Source: an uncultured Gammaproteobacteria bacterium (GTDB lineage Bacteria; Patescibacteriota; Patescibacteriia; PEXW01). From it: a stretch of 64,000 nucleotides of DNA. The notes beneath the pieces were generated by a model that did no database searches, was not told where the DNA came from, and worked only from the letters and a program-made list of their open reading frames with translations. The stretch spans positions 129,656 through 193,655 of the forward strand of contig CAZAMC010000002.1 in the NCBI GenBank assembly GCA_964486505.1, written 5' to 3'. This document shows, one piece after another, positions 38,001-46,242 of the stretch. A program made the position numbers and the translations under genes. Position 1 is the first letter of the stretch, and each line of letters opens with the position of its first letter.

Positions 38001-40302
38001 CGGGAACCCGAATGCCAATGGTTACGTATTCACCGGCGCCGACGTGACGCTCACTGCCTCGGCCACGGACAGCGGCGGCAGTAATACGGGCGTTAGCCAC
38101 GTAGACTTCTACCTCGGCACGTCCCGCCTTGGACAGGCTCCAGACCCAGCGTGCACGACGGGCTGTCCGGGCTCCTTTAACGCTAGCGTTGCCGTTCCGG
38201 GTTCGACCATTCGGACCTTCCCGAATGGAAGCTACACGTATTCGGTGGTGGCGTACGATGCGTATGGTAACTCCAGCATTCGGCAGCTCTCGGTGAGTGT
38301 GAACGTGCTGCCAGAAACTACTCCGCCGGCGGTGAGCTTCGTATCACCCGATCCGGCGCCGGGCATTAGCGGTAGCACTGCCAACGTCGTCGTTTCGGCC
38401 ACTGACGCGAGCGGCGTCAACCGGGTTGAGATATTCATCGGTACAGAGTCCACTCCCCGAACAACCGACGTGGCCTCTCCCTACACGTACACGTGGCCCC
38501 TCGCTGGGTACGTCGATGGCCAGACCTACACAGTGCGGGCCGTAGCCTATGACCGATACGGGAACAACGCGACCGCGACGTTGAATGTCCAGTACCATGC
38601 TTCCGCAGGACCCGACATTGAGCGACCAACAATCACCGATGTGACAGTTGAGCTGCAGAGTGGTTCGGTGGTGCCAATGGAAGGGGCCTCGCTGGAGGAA
38701 CTGGTGCACCTCCGCGCCACCTTCACCGATAACGTCGCTATCCAGAAAGCCGAACTACGCATTGATAACGTACCGATCCCGTTAACGGGCAGTGCGTATA
38801 CGCCCGTGACACCGCCGCGAGTGTTCGCCATGAACTACGGCTGGAACACCCTGCCCGAAATCCTCGGGCCGCACACGGTTACCATAACCGCGTACGATAC
38901 AACGAATAATGCCACCACGATTACCCGCTCGGTTTCGGTGAATAATCGGGCGTCGTTAGAAATTACTACACCACGACCGGGCGCCACCGTTGCTGATAAT
39001 CCCACGGTACCTATTACCCTCAATATCACCCGAACCTGTGATGGGACACTCCGCATGTCACACGTGTACCTCGGACTCATGGGTGAGCCGCTCGCCTTTG
39101 CAGATCTGACCACGTGCAACCGTACCTGCACGTACAACTGGACTTCCCGCAATACGACGGCCAATGGTCCCCAGACGCTCTGGGCAATTGGCTACGACGC
39201 AACGGGTTGTTGGGGTGGCAGTAAAGTAGCCATTGTGGTGAACAACGCGACGAACGACACCACGCCGCCCACTATTGATGCGAATGTCACGTTCGACGGT
39301 ACGCCGTGGCCGGGGAGTGGGCCGTACTACGTCAATCGTGCGGGCACCATTACTGCGCTAGCTGACGACAATAATGGCGGTAGCGGCTTAGCGGAGGTGC
39401 GCATTGAGGTGCAGCAGAGTGGCACGACGCTCTACTCGCAGTCGTGTACTTCGGCCCCCCAAAGCCCATGCCAGTTAACCTGGAACATTCCCGCCGACCA
39501 CACCCAAGATGGGGCCTACACGGTTGTGGTGAATGCCAGTGACGTAGCAGGGAACGATGCCCCGGCCGTAACCAAGACGGTGAATGTGGATACGGGCGCA
39601 CCGACGGCCGCCTGGGTTGGGCCTGCTTCTGGCACGACGGTATTTAGTCCGGCAACTATTACCATGCAAGCCAGCGGCACTGATCCGCAGTGGAACAGCT
39701 ACGCATCCGGCATTAGCCGCATCGAGTACTTCAACGGTGCAACCCGTATTGCCACGGGCTCCATCGAGAATCCGGGTGGCAGCGGGATCTACCCGGCTAT
39801 TCTATCCGCGGTTGGAACCTACCAGGTCATTGCCCAGGTGTTTGATAACGCCAACAACATGTCGGCGACGGCACCGGCAACAACCCTCACCATTAGCGGA
39901 GCCGATACGACACCGCCCAACGTTAGCATAACGAATCCCGCCAATGACAACTGGTTCTGGAGTGGCATTATGTCCGTCGTTGCATCGGCAACGGATGCCG
40001 GCTCGGGGATGCGTGATGTGCAGTTCTACCTGGATGGCGTGCCCTTTGGGCCGCTGGACACTGCGAGTCCGTACTGGGTTGATTGGAATACAACCCTCTA
40101 TGCAAATGGTCAAACTGTGAGCTTCACAGCACGAGCCTGTGATAATGCCGGGAATTGTGCAACGTCCGCTCCCCGTTTAGCCCGGGCGTGGAATGGTGCC
40201 GGCGCCATTTGCCGAACCAATATTTGCTCTGGTTCAACGCCCAACTGCTGCAGCGGGACCTGCCAAGCGCAGGCCTGTGCGCAGCAAGAGCCACAACTGT
40301 AA
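32011..40302 (+). CDS. Giant (2764 aa) cell-surface protein: N-terminal T4SS-pilin (TrbC/VirB2)-like membrane hairpin, IPT/TIG domains, Cys-rich knots, eight tandem Ig-like repeats, Cys-rich C-terminal tail
   Basis: ATG at 32011 (MPTTNPNARRAFLLGLSGTLLAVVGL...). The ORF-track start 31810 is a TTG extension overlapping yqeY and is rejected. N-terminus ...VKWALGLLGLVAIIVMLYGGFLWMTSRGNEKQIEKAKRTLINGAIGLVIILVSWAIV matches the two-helix pilin-like domain common at N-termini of candidate-phyla-radiation giant proteins. TIG-like PVITSVTTP...VVVRGSNFG and PHITGIYPREGKAGRFVTIFGENFG. Confidence 0.85.
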   Translation: MPTTNPNARRAFLLGLSGTLLAVVGLFLLAQVTNAITVEDVGGTLGLGNADLKQTIVNVVKWALGLLGLVAIIVMLYGGFLWMTSRGNEKQIEKAKRTLINGAIGLVIILVSWAIVLFIQRFITNATGNAQASGQCQMSLPAEWGYCNLCDDTLDPRPDFGFLVPDPSCITPDSNTYYADWQNPVHEEADVSLCSAVSAHFTGLTPAAANDISISSTFPVTDGSGNSPTHTVNFFGPTAEFVHPTEDFLPNTQYSVDVNGIISSDGTAATQPPGGWTFTTGTTSDEDPPTVSLTAPTNNETIQCLSPVIEVRFSESMLASSMYNPANFRITPADAAVARIDMPRSDTLQITLDKPLVKNRTYTITLNADTDPNATGGFYSGYKDTCINALDGDSDGTAEDGDGQPNTLPPDDDFSWVFTTADTDTVDCTPVITSVTTPAYHGNPTDPNRVVVRGSNFGLTPRVRFSGNVLATDIGGTNSLCFDDNNIPQRTGSPACIHTDPAIPTPTSARIDAMVPTGPLAYAPNGAMTGPVTVEVAGRSSPPSSNVEVRSPHITGIYPREGKAGRFVTIFGENFGVNGRVRFRIPGGSNLLASTPSCSSTPWSDTQILVQVPEGFTFGDTTFIQVDTDTYADVRGMSNLAQFDIRDVSGPNLCSINPSSSNDPSASLDALGDGFGTNPAVVSTRYSSFAGNLVSLTDDQHLRAAPGAPLANGTYNFFVTVNGVASNPLQYRIPRDPAPAVVFDSSCSTSVPVIRSPNPLPDTADACRNLGVAVRFTESMNPAAAGGTTDPTLFYVSRCNNTATFDPAACSGTVNGTRANATYNQSDDLVAFAPAGDRFDDGYWYQVTVKAGIPSAAGALLPQDVVWHFRVRETGGDCQAEAVGVTPPQIGPLATGQSGVFTALATNNSCSILLGLPGDFNWSSSDTSMASDPTESTVPAGAQPADNTGTTTVQPGSIDGTANISATYSGLTGSGNLIVQRNYCETNTDCATRTNSYGDVCTGAICNVALRTCEPRVLTLQSGSQTGTAVNGPAGNMINVRGCYFGGGMGANGKVTFTNGGNIADGSFAICGPAGWTNDLIRVQAMPDTDPPASANTIWSVQVLADNGLGSNNDTTYTISSQCTTPTNGTTSVPGTGVPILCGTLPPAGREGDAIQYQGARFTASSEAFFSEANGPLNQLPLPGAATTVTPPSTAMSHVAVDTGIPTGGTTAATTIGVPTGGDFCIATPVDFSVSCTQNSECGTTGCCVGNACRPTAVCTNGLISGITPGAGTLQCRNQNFVVTFNKSMRPETVTNTTVYLYDANTNAPVPTSFAFDGTNATFTATDALPNGTYRIRVVGGSAGVTATDNTFLPADYVWPQGAGVYTVDASSRVCTVARVNILEIPPQTVITQDLFTCTSDSCAGDDDPVAGNQHRYRVAAYDSQDNELGLANQSWVEADPAGGTYASSPAGTYCPGNTTSSFYCALARNIPEGTEQLTVNITATQSAGTGTASMPIRAYMCASPWPAPPAWPFRDPDTGTEPTHNFTFSFCRDGGVNGYTLSNPIPSLAPTGNIRKEYIMAVLDDTGRNIGDAIGIRIESNLRDLSPTRWYNQKFDPDTGGGVTEVDGYPALREGRTVYVTADNYAPQDAARPWSYPNVYVVSHTANPRPETVAIFDQILKNLKFNDEATPLPQQLLSDLRYDVKRIHAYSEIVYAIQAYKEAHNGAFPNLESGSYLKNLTMTAWPSWQENLGAQIGITMPQDPQKLWDPQTTPRQAPAMCGTGFDQNTCWNEEDKVAQFPNRSPYTGTAPRESTGMIYRSGPVGSNTSPFHLIGTVSDHFVWHYLNSGFMDAWLDCIDITNKATDVCPGDSVCTGFNMALCSDSFGRINALRNPSPADSTQPTIASVEPASGTRLGGTVQFKVSASDNPGGSGIGRVEFVVRRGGAIVAQSTSSRPDRDGKYVWSWDSRTVLNNTGYSLTVTAFDVAGNAAVFAPAPTYEVANAPGDPTAPVITLGNPNANGYVFTGADVTLTASATDSGGSNTGVSHVDFYLGTSRLGQAPDPACTTGCPGSFNASVAVPGSTIRTFPNGSYTYSVVAYDAYGNSSIRQLSVSVNVLPETTPPAVSFVSPDPAPGISGSTANVVVSATDASGVNRVEIFIGTESTPRTTDVASPYTYTWPLAGYVDGQTYTVRAVAYDRYGNNATATLNVQYHASAGPDIERPTITDVTVELQSGSVVPMEGASLEELVHLRATFTDNVAIQKAELRIDNVPIPLTGSAYTPVTPPRVFAMNYGWNTLPEILGPHTVTITAYDTTNNATTITRSVSVNNRASLEITTPRPGATVADNPTVPITLNITRTCDGTLRMSHVYLGLMGEPLAFADLTTCNRTCTYNWTSRNTTANGPQTLWAIGYDATGCWGGSKVAIVVNNATNDTTPPTIDANVTFDGTPWPGSGPYYVNRAGTITALADDNNGGSGLAEVRIEVQQSGTTLYSQSCTSAPQSPCQLTWNIPADHTQDGAYTVVVNASDVAGNDAPAVTKTVNVDTGAPTAAWVGPASGTTVFSPATITMQASGTDPQWNSYASGISRIEYFNGATRIATGSIENPGGSGIYPAILSAVGTYQVIAQVFDNANNMSATAPATTLTISGADTTPPNVSITNPANDNWFWSGIMSVVASATDAGSGMRDVQFYLDGVPFGPLDTASPYWVDWNTTLYANGQTVSFTARACDNAGNCATSAPRLARAWNGAGAICRTNICSGSTPNCCSGTCQAQACAQQEPQL

Positions 40303-40304
40303 CC

Positions 40305-40865
40305 ATGCCCCAACCCGAAGACATTTTCCAAAGCACTGATCCCAAGCAAACGGCTGCCCCGCCTGTTCGTCCAGTGCCAAGTGCACCAGTGCGGCCCCAG
40401 GCCGCCCCCGCACCGCACGGTTCGGCCCGTCGGTGGCTGTGGCCCGCGATTGGCGGGTTTGTGCTCGTCATTGGTATCGGCGTGGTTGTCGTGCTCCGCC
40501 TGCGACAGGAACCCGCTACCACGACGACTGCGAATAGTAACGTTGCTGCCTCCACAAGTACGAATACGCCGCAGTCCACCACATCGGCAGCGAGCGCAGA
40601 GATTACGGGGGTGGCGGATGCCGACAAGGATGGGCTACTCGATGACGAAGAAACACAGCTCGGGACGAAAGTCGACCTCGCCGATACCGATCGCGATGGC
40701 CTAGGGGATGGGGAAGAGGTGCGCGTGTATAAGAGTGATCCCAAACGTCCAGATACGGATGGCGATGGCAACCGAGATGGCGCAGAGGTGCAGAAAGGGT
40801 ATAATCCAACAGGTACCGGCGTCCTTCTCAACTTCACCGAGGCTCGCGAAGCACTTACTAAGTAA
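40305..40865 (+). CDS. Single-pass membrane protein with three TSP3/calcium-binding DxDxDG-type repeats
   Basis: ATG 3 nt after the giant-protein stop. TM helix WLWPAIGGFVLVIGIGVVVVL. DADKDGLLDDEE, DTDRDGLGDGEE, DTDGDGNRDGAE. Confidence 0.6.
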   Translation: MPQPEDIFQSTDPKQTAAPPVRPVPSAPVRPQAAPAPHGSARRWLWPAIGGFVLVIGIGVVVVLRLRQEPATTTTANSNVAASTSTNTPQSTTSAASAEITGVADADKDGLLDDEETQLGTKVDLADTDRDGLGDGEEVRVYKSDPKRPDTDGDGNRDGAEVQKGYNPTGTGVLLNFTEAREALTK

Positions 40866-40890
40866 CTTTTCTCCTTCACTACGTACGGCT

Positions 40891-42048
40891 ATGTTTGAAT
40901 CCATCACCCCAGCACCCAAAGGCAATCTCCCTCCCCAAGCGCCCACACCGCCGACAACGCCCCTGGAGATTCATGCCATGCCCGAGCGTTTCTTGGGCAG
41001 CAAGTCTGTGGTGGGGAAACCGTCCACCCCAGGCGGGAAAGGCAGCAGCAAAAAGCTGATTATCGCCATAATCATTATTATTGTGGTGGCTCTGGGTGTG
41101 GCTGCGGCGCTGCTTTTCACGGGCGTACTGAACCGGAATGCCGCGAATACCAACAACACGAACCTCGTGACGAACACGCCGGTTACCAATCAGAATGCGA
41201 ACGCGAACCGGAACCTGAACGCGAACCAGAATGTAAACAGCGCGGCGAATGCGAATGGAAACGCGAACAGTAACGGGAATGAGAATGGGAACGCAAATGC
41301 CAATAGCAATGGGAATAGCAACGGGAACGCCAATGTGAATGCGACGACGAACGTCAACAGCAACCCGCAAGCACAATCCAGCACCGACGCCGACAAGGAC
41401 GGGCTTACTGATGCGGAGGAGCTTGTTTTCACCACCAACCCCAGCAGTTCCGATAGCGACGGCGACAGCTTCTTGGATGGGAGCGAAGTGAAGCTTGGCT
41501 TCTCGCCAAAGGGTTCAGGCAAGCTTGCGGCAAGCAGCCTGGTGAACACGTTCATGAATTCCCTCTACGGTGCAAGCGTCATTTACCCCAAAGGTTGGAA
41601 TTCGGTGGCCCGCTCCAGCACCGAGCAGCTCCTTTCCAACGCCACCGGTGATGAAACCGTCACCATTTCTGTTGAGGACAATCCAGCTCGCCTTACGGCG
41701 AAGCAGTGGTACGTCACCAAGGCCCCAACGATAGACCCCACGACGCTCGTGGACGCCACGGCCTGGGACGGGAAGAGCACGGGTATTGTGAGCCCCGATG
41801 GTCTGGCGTACTACTTTGCAAACGGGAGCCAGGTCTACGTCATCTCCTTGAGCTACGGATTGAAGCCCACCGTGGATTCGAGAACGACCTTTGAAATGGT
41901 TGCGCGGAGTTTGGTGGTCGACTCAACGAAGGTGAACCTCAACACGAATACGGCCAACCAGAACGCTAACCAAAACGTGAACCTCAATGCGAATGGCAAC
42001 ACGAATACCAACGCTAACAGCAACACGAATTCGAACGTGAACACGTAA
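40891..42048 (+). CDS. Single-pass membrane protein with Asn-rich low-complexity regions and DxDxDG calcium-binding-type repeats
   Basis: TM helix LIIAIIIIIVVALGVAAALLF. NANANRNLNANQNVNS...NGNANSNGNENGN.... DADKDGLTDAEE, DSDGDSFLDGSE. Second N-rich tail at the C-terminus. Confidence 0.55.
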   Translation: MFESITPAPKGNLPPQAPTPPTTPLEIHAMPERFLGSKSVVGKPSTPGGKGSSKKLIIAIIIIIVVALGVAAALLFTGVLNRNAANTNNTNLVTNTPVTNQNANANRNLNANQNVNSAANANGNANSNGNENGNANANSNGNSNGNANVNATTNVNSNPQAQSSTDADKDGLTDAEELVFTTNPSSSDSDGDSFLDGSEVKLGFSPKGSGKLAASSLVNTFMNSLYGASVIYPKGWNSVARSSTEQLLSNATGDETVTISVEDNPARLTAKQWYVTKAPTIDPTTLVDATAWDGKSTGIVSPDGLAYYFANGSQVYVISLSYGLKPTVDSRTTFEMVARSLVVDSTKVNLNTNTANQNANQNVNLNANGNTNTNANSNTNSNVNT

Positions 42049-42049
42049 G

Positions 42050-42502
42050 ATGGAGTTCCACGTCGTACGGGAGACGCGCCGGCGCTTGCCGGCCGTTCCC
42101 TGGCAGCGACTGTTCGCCGCTGTACAACGGAAGCAGCGAGCCGCGCCGAGGACGAGTGTTGCGCTCGTCCTTACAACGCCTGGGCGAATGGCCTTCTTGA
42201 ATCGGGCCTACCACGGAGGACGGGGGCCGACTGACGTCCTCGCCTTTCCCTCTGAGCCGGGTGCCCCGCAGCACACCGGCAGTGGGGACGTCATCATTTG
42301 CCCGGCAGTGCTGGGCCGCGGTGTTACCGCACGCCCATTTTCCCTGCTTCTCGCCCATCGTTTCGTGCACGCCCTGCTCCACCTGCACGGTTACCAGCAC
42401 GACACCCCAAAGCAAGCGGCGGCTATGGAAGCAGAGGTCCAGAAGCATCTCCGAACCCTACCCACTTATGGTCGCCATTACCCCTCACGGCGTAAAGAAT
42501 AG
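42050..42502 (+). CDS. ybeY: Endoribonuclease YbeY (rRNA maturation factor)
   Basis: HALLHLHGYQHD zinc-binding H3xH5xH motif. Confidence 0.8.
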   Translation: MEFHVVRETRRRLPAVPWQRLFAAVQRKQRAAPRTSVALVLTTPGRMAFLNRAYHGGRGPTDVLAFPSEPGAPQHTGSGDVIICPAVLGRGVTARPFSLLLAHRFVHALLHLHGYQHDTPKQAAAMEAEVQKHLRTLPTYGRHYPSRRKE

Positions 42503-42842
42503 CTTCCGCTATGCCCTCCGCGGGCTCCGCCATACGTTTCAGACGCAGCAGAGCTTTCGCATCCAAGTATTCGCGGCCGTGGTTGTGGTCATCGCTATGC
42601 TCCTGGTGGGCGTCACGGTGCGGGATGCGGTTATCCTCATTGTCGTTACTGCCATTGTGCTCATCCTGGAGCTCGTGAACACCGTCGTGGAGCACCTTAC
42701 AGACATTGTGAGCGGCCGACTTTCCCCAGTGGCCCAAGCCGTGAAAGATGCCATGGCGGCTGCTGTCCTCTTTGCCTCCATCGTCGCTTTGGTGGTCGGC
42801 GTCCTGGTCTTTTGGCCCTACCTCACCCACGCGGCGCTATGA
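42468..42842 (+). CDS. dgkA: Diacylglycerol/undecaprenol kinase family protein
   Basis: Internal Met MVAITPHG... Three TM helices and the ELVNTVVE (DgkA E-L-x-N-[ST]-A-[IV]-E) motif. 35-nt overlap with ybeY. Confidence 0.65.
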   Translation: MVAITPHGVKNSFRYALRGLRHTFQTQQSFRIQVFAAVVVVIAMLLVGVTVRDAVILIVVTAIVLILELVNTVVEHLTDIVSGRLSPVAQAVKDAMAAAVLFASIVALVVGVLVFWPYLTHAAL

Positions 42843-42884
42843 TTGTCCGGACCGCAAAATTCCGCTATACTGCAGCTAAGAAAT

Positions 42885-44120
42885 ATGTCCCGTGAAGCAC
42901 CACTCGTAGGCCTTGATCTCGGCTCGACGACGGTCCGAGTCGTCGTCGCTACGCCAACAGAAACGAATCAGCTCCAAGTTCTTGGCGTCGGCGAACACGC
43001 TGCCGATGGTATTAGTAAGGGCGCGATTACGAGCATCGAAGACGCCATTTCCTCAATTTCGGGTGCCCTCGAGCAAGCGGAGCGGATGACCGGTGTGCCA
43101 GTGACGCACGCCTTCGTTGGCATTAACGGAACGCACATTTCTTCGCAAGAGGTTCACGGAGTAGTGGCGGTTGCGAAAGCCGATGGGGAGATCCGCGAGG
43201 AAGATGTTGAGCGGGTCATTGAAGCGGCCCAGACCACGGTGAGCCCCTCGAATGTTGAAATCCTCCATGTCATCCCGCGGACATTTACGGTCGACAATCA
43301 GAAAGGCATTAAAGATCCCATCGGTATGTCGGGCATTCGTTTGGAGGCCGATGCCCAGGTTATCCAGGGCCTTACGGCGCAAGTGAAAAATCTCACCAAA
43401 TGCGTGTACCGCACGGGCGTGGAAATTGACGACCTCGTCCTGGGGGTGCTGGCTGCCTCTGAGGCAGTGCTGACGAAACGGCAAAAAGAAATTGGCGTCG
43501 CTCTCTTGAATCTCGGGGCGTCAACTTCCAGCCTCATTGTTTTTGAAGAAGGTGACGTGCTCCACACGGCCATCATTCCAGTTGGCGCGGGGCACATCAC
43601 CAATGACATTGCCATTGGCCTGCGCACGTCCATAGACGTAGCGGAAAAAGTGAAGTTGGACTTTGGTACCGCGTTGCCTGAAGAAGTTGGGAAGCGGGAT
43701 GAGATTAACTTGGCGGACATTGACCCCAAAGAAACCGGTGTGGTTTCCCGAAAACACGTTGCCGAGATTATCGAAGCTCGGGTCGTTGAGCTCTGTAGTA
43801 TGGTCGACAAGGAACTGCAGAAAGTTGACCGCTCGGGCCTGCTGCCCTCGGGCGTGATGCTCATCGGTGGTGGCGCCAAGTTGCCTGGGCTCGTGGATGT
43901 GGCCAAGCGAGAGTTCCGCCTCCCCGCCGCCGTGGGCAATCCCCAGAACATCATCACCGCAATCGACAAGGTGCACGAGCCGGAGTACGCTACGGCTGTT
44001 GGCCTTGCCATGTGGGGGGCCGCTCTCCAGCAGGGTGGTGGCGCACGACCCTCGAAGTTCTCCACGGTGAATGTGGTCCTGGGGAAAATTCGAGGCTGGA
44101 TGAAGCACATAACTTCGTAA
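42885..44120 (+). CDS. ftsA: Cell division protein FtsA
   Basis: Actin-like ATPase; [21 protein letters not shown]...[17 protein letters not shown]. The ORF track starts at TTG 42843; the ATG at 42885 fits the FtsA N-terminus. Confidence 0.8.
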   Translation: MSREAPLVGLDLGSTTVRVVVATPTETNQLQVLGVGEHAADGISKGAITSIEDAISSISGALEQAERMTGVPVTHAFVGINGTHISSQEVHGVVAVAKADGEIREEDVERVIEAAQTTVSPSNVEILHVIPRTFTVDNQKGIKDPIGMSGIRLEADAQVIQGLTAQVKNLTKCVYRTGVEIDDLVLGVLAASEAVLTKRQKEIGVALLNLGASTSSLIVFEEGDVLHTAIIPVGAGHITNDIAIGLRTSIDVAEKVKLDFGTALPEEVGKRDEINLADIDPKETGVVSRKHVAEIIEARVVELCSMVDKELQKVDRSGLLPSGVMLIGGGAKLPGLVDVAKREFRLPAAVGNPQNIITAIDKVHEPEYATAVGLAMWGAALQQGGGARPSKFSTVNVVLGKIRGWMKHITS

Positions 44121-44124
44121 TTGC

Positions 44125-45315
44125 ATGGCCCGTAGCACTATGGAAATCAAGCCGGATATCGAAACCTTTGCGAAGATCAAGGTCGTTGGCGTTGGCGGTT
44201 CTGGCGGGTCGGCAATTGACCGCATGATCACCTCGAAAATTCGCGGGGTGGAGTTCATTGCGATTAACACCGATGCGCAAGCCCTGCACCACTCCAAGGC
44301 GCCGACGAAGATACACATTGGCAAAACCGTCACGCGGGGCCTCGGTGCGGGCATGGATCCAGAGCTGGGTCGGAAGGCAGCGGAAGAGAGCCAGGACGAA
44401 ATCCACGAGGCGCTAAAGGGTTCGGACATGGTGTTCATCACCTGTGGCTTAGGCGGTGGTACGGGGACGGGCGCCGCGCCCGTGGTTGCGGAAATTGCCC
44501 AGGATGTGGGCGCGCTGACCGTGGCTGTGGTCACCAAGCCTTTTGCCTTTGAAGGCGCCCAGCGCAAGGGGATTGCTGATGGTGGGCTGGGGGACCTCTC
44601 GGACCGCGTCGACACTCTTATTACCATCCCCAACGACCGCTTGCTGCAGATCATTGATAAGAAGACAAGTCTTCTGGATGCCTTCGGCACTGTGGACGAG
44701 GTGCTCCGCCAGGGCGTGCAGGGGATTAGCGAACTCATCACCATTCCCGGGCTCATTAACGTGGACTTTGCAGACGTGAAGTCCATCATGGAAGATGCCG
44801 GTTCGGCGCTCATGGGTATTGGGAAGGGCACCGGGGAGAGCCGCGCGGTGGACGCCGCTAAGGCTGCTATTGATAGCCCCCTCCTGGAGCTTTCGATTGA
44901 TGGCGCCAAGGGCATTCTCTTCACTGTTACGGGTGGTCCCGACCTGGGCATGTACGAGGTGAACGAAGCGGCGCGGGTCATCACTGCGTCGGTTGACCCG
45001 AACGCCAAGGTTATCTTCGGCACAGTCATCGACGAAGCGCTGAAGGGCGAAGTCCGCATTACCGTTATCGCCACCGGCTTTGGTAAAGGGGGCACAGCGG
45101 TACAGCGGCCGGCAAAGAAGATCACCCCGACTGGTTTTGATGCCTATGAGCCGGTAAAAGAACCCGAACGTCGCTCTGCCACACGGCCCACACCCGCCCC
45201 CCGGCCCACCGCACCCAAAGTAGAGCCCTTTACACCGGCGGCGAAGCCCGAGCCACCCAAGAAGCCCGAAGAAGACCTGGAAATTCCGGCCTTCATCCGG
45301 CGGAAGATGATGTAG
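44125..45315 (+). CDS. ftsZ: Cell division GTPase FtsZ
   Basis: [13 protein letters not shown] and the tubulin signature [13 protein letters not shown]. Confidence 0.95.
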   Translation: MARSTMEIKPDIETFAKIKVVGVGGSGGSAIDRMITSKIRGVEFIAINTDAQALHHSKAPTKIHIGKTVTRGLGAGMDPELGRKAAEESQDEIHEALKGSDMVFITCGLGGGTGTGAAPVVAEIAQDVGALTVAVVTKPFAFEGAQRKGIADGGLGDLSDRVDTLITIPNDRLLQIIDKKTSLLDAFGTVDEVLRQGVQGISELITIPGLINVDFADVKSIMEDAGSALMGIGKGTGESRAVDAAKAAIDSPLLELSIDGAKGILFTVTGGPDLGMYEVNEAARVITASVDPNAKVIFGTVIDEALKGEVRITVIATGFGKGGTAVQRPAKKITPTGFDAYEPVKEPERRSATRPTPAPRPTAPKVEPFTPAAKPEPPKKPEEDLEIPAFIRRKMM

Positions 45316-45423
45316 GGCGATCTCCACAAGGCGCCGGTGGCGTCGGAATCACCACCCTAAAGCGACACAGGCAAAACCACGTATCCACGGGCCCAACGAC
45401 GCTCGGGGAATTTTGGGTTTCTC

Positions 45424-45478
45424 TTGACAACACTATATGTAGTGGTATAATGCCCTTGTACAACACTATATCTAGTAG
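45424..45478 (+). promoter_or_regulatory. Consensus sigma70 promoter (TTGACA -16- TATAAT) overlapped by two tandem NrdR boxes
   Basis: TTGACA about 45424..45429, TATAAT about 45446..45451. Box 1 ACACTATATGTAGT (45430..45443) lies in the spacer. Box 2 ACACTATATCTAGT (45463..45476) lies just downstream of -10. The boxes are 33 bp apart start to start. Confidence 0.7.
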
Positions 45479-45703
45479 AACTAGGGCGTTGGGCCCTAGC
45501 CCCGCTACTCGGCGGGGGGAGCGTGCCTCGCTTGTCACTCACGCTTCTTTCAAAAATGAACACCACGTCAGGCTTGAGGGAGGCAGTTTGCGCTCCAGCT
45601 TGCCCGCCGTTCCCTCCTGCACACCCAGCCGCCATCTTGGCGGCGGGCCCACATCGTTGTACGATAGTGGCCCGCCCAGCTGGGGCTTTGCCTCTGCACG
45701 CTC

Positions 45704-46192
45704 ATGAAGTGCCCTGCTTGTCACAAACCTGATACGCGTGTGATGGATTCCCGGCTTGTTGAAGACGGGATGGCCATTCGCCGCCGCCGAGAGTGCAACC
45801 GGTGCAGCTTCCGCTTCTCGACCGTGGAAGAGGCCGAAATCCTCAACCTCGCCGTGGTCAAGCGGGACGGCCGACGTGAGCCGTATAGCCGCGAGAAGCT
45901 TGAAACCGGTCTGCGGCGCTCTTTCCAGAAGCTCCCCATCACTCAGGACGAGTTCAAGCGCCTGGTGAACCGCATTGAACGAGACATTCAGATTACCGGC
46001 CGGCAGGAAATTACCTCCCACGCTATTGGAGAGATCGTCATGCGCCACCTGAAGCGTGCTAACCAGGTTGCCTACATCCGTTTTGCCTCGGTGTACCGGT
46101 CCTTCAAAGATGCTGAGACCTTCCAACGTGAGCTCAAAGGCCTTCTAAAGCCCAGCCGCGCGCGCGCCACCCGGTCCCGCCGCCGCACCTAA
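45704..46192 (+). CDS. nrdR: Transcriptional repressor NrdR
   Basis: [18 protein letters not shown] zinc ribbon + ATP-cone. Confidence 0.9.
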   Translation: MKCPACHKPDTRVMDSRLVEDGMAIRRRRECNRCSFRFSTVEEAEILNLAVVKRDGRREPYSREKLETGLRRSFQKLPITQDEFKRLVNRIERDIQITGRQEITSHAIGEIVMRHLKRANQVAYIRFASVYRSFKDAETFQRELKGLLKPSRARATRSRRRT

Positions 46193-46242
46193 GCCCACCC
46201 TCCTTCCGTCATCTCTCTCCTCACCCTAACCACCCTGCAACC

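Noticed and set aside
46193-46242. Possible B12 riboswitch before the RNR gene
   Set aside because: The gap is 50 nt. NrdJ is itself B12-dependent, so B12 repression is not expected. No B12-box-like sequence seen.
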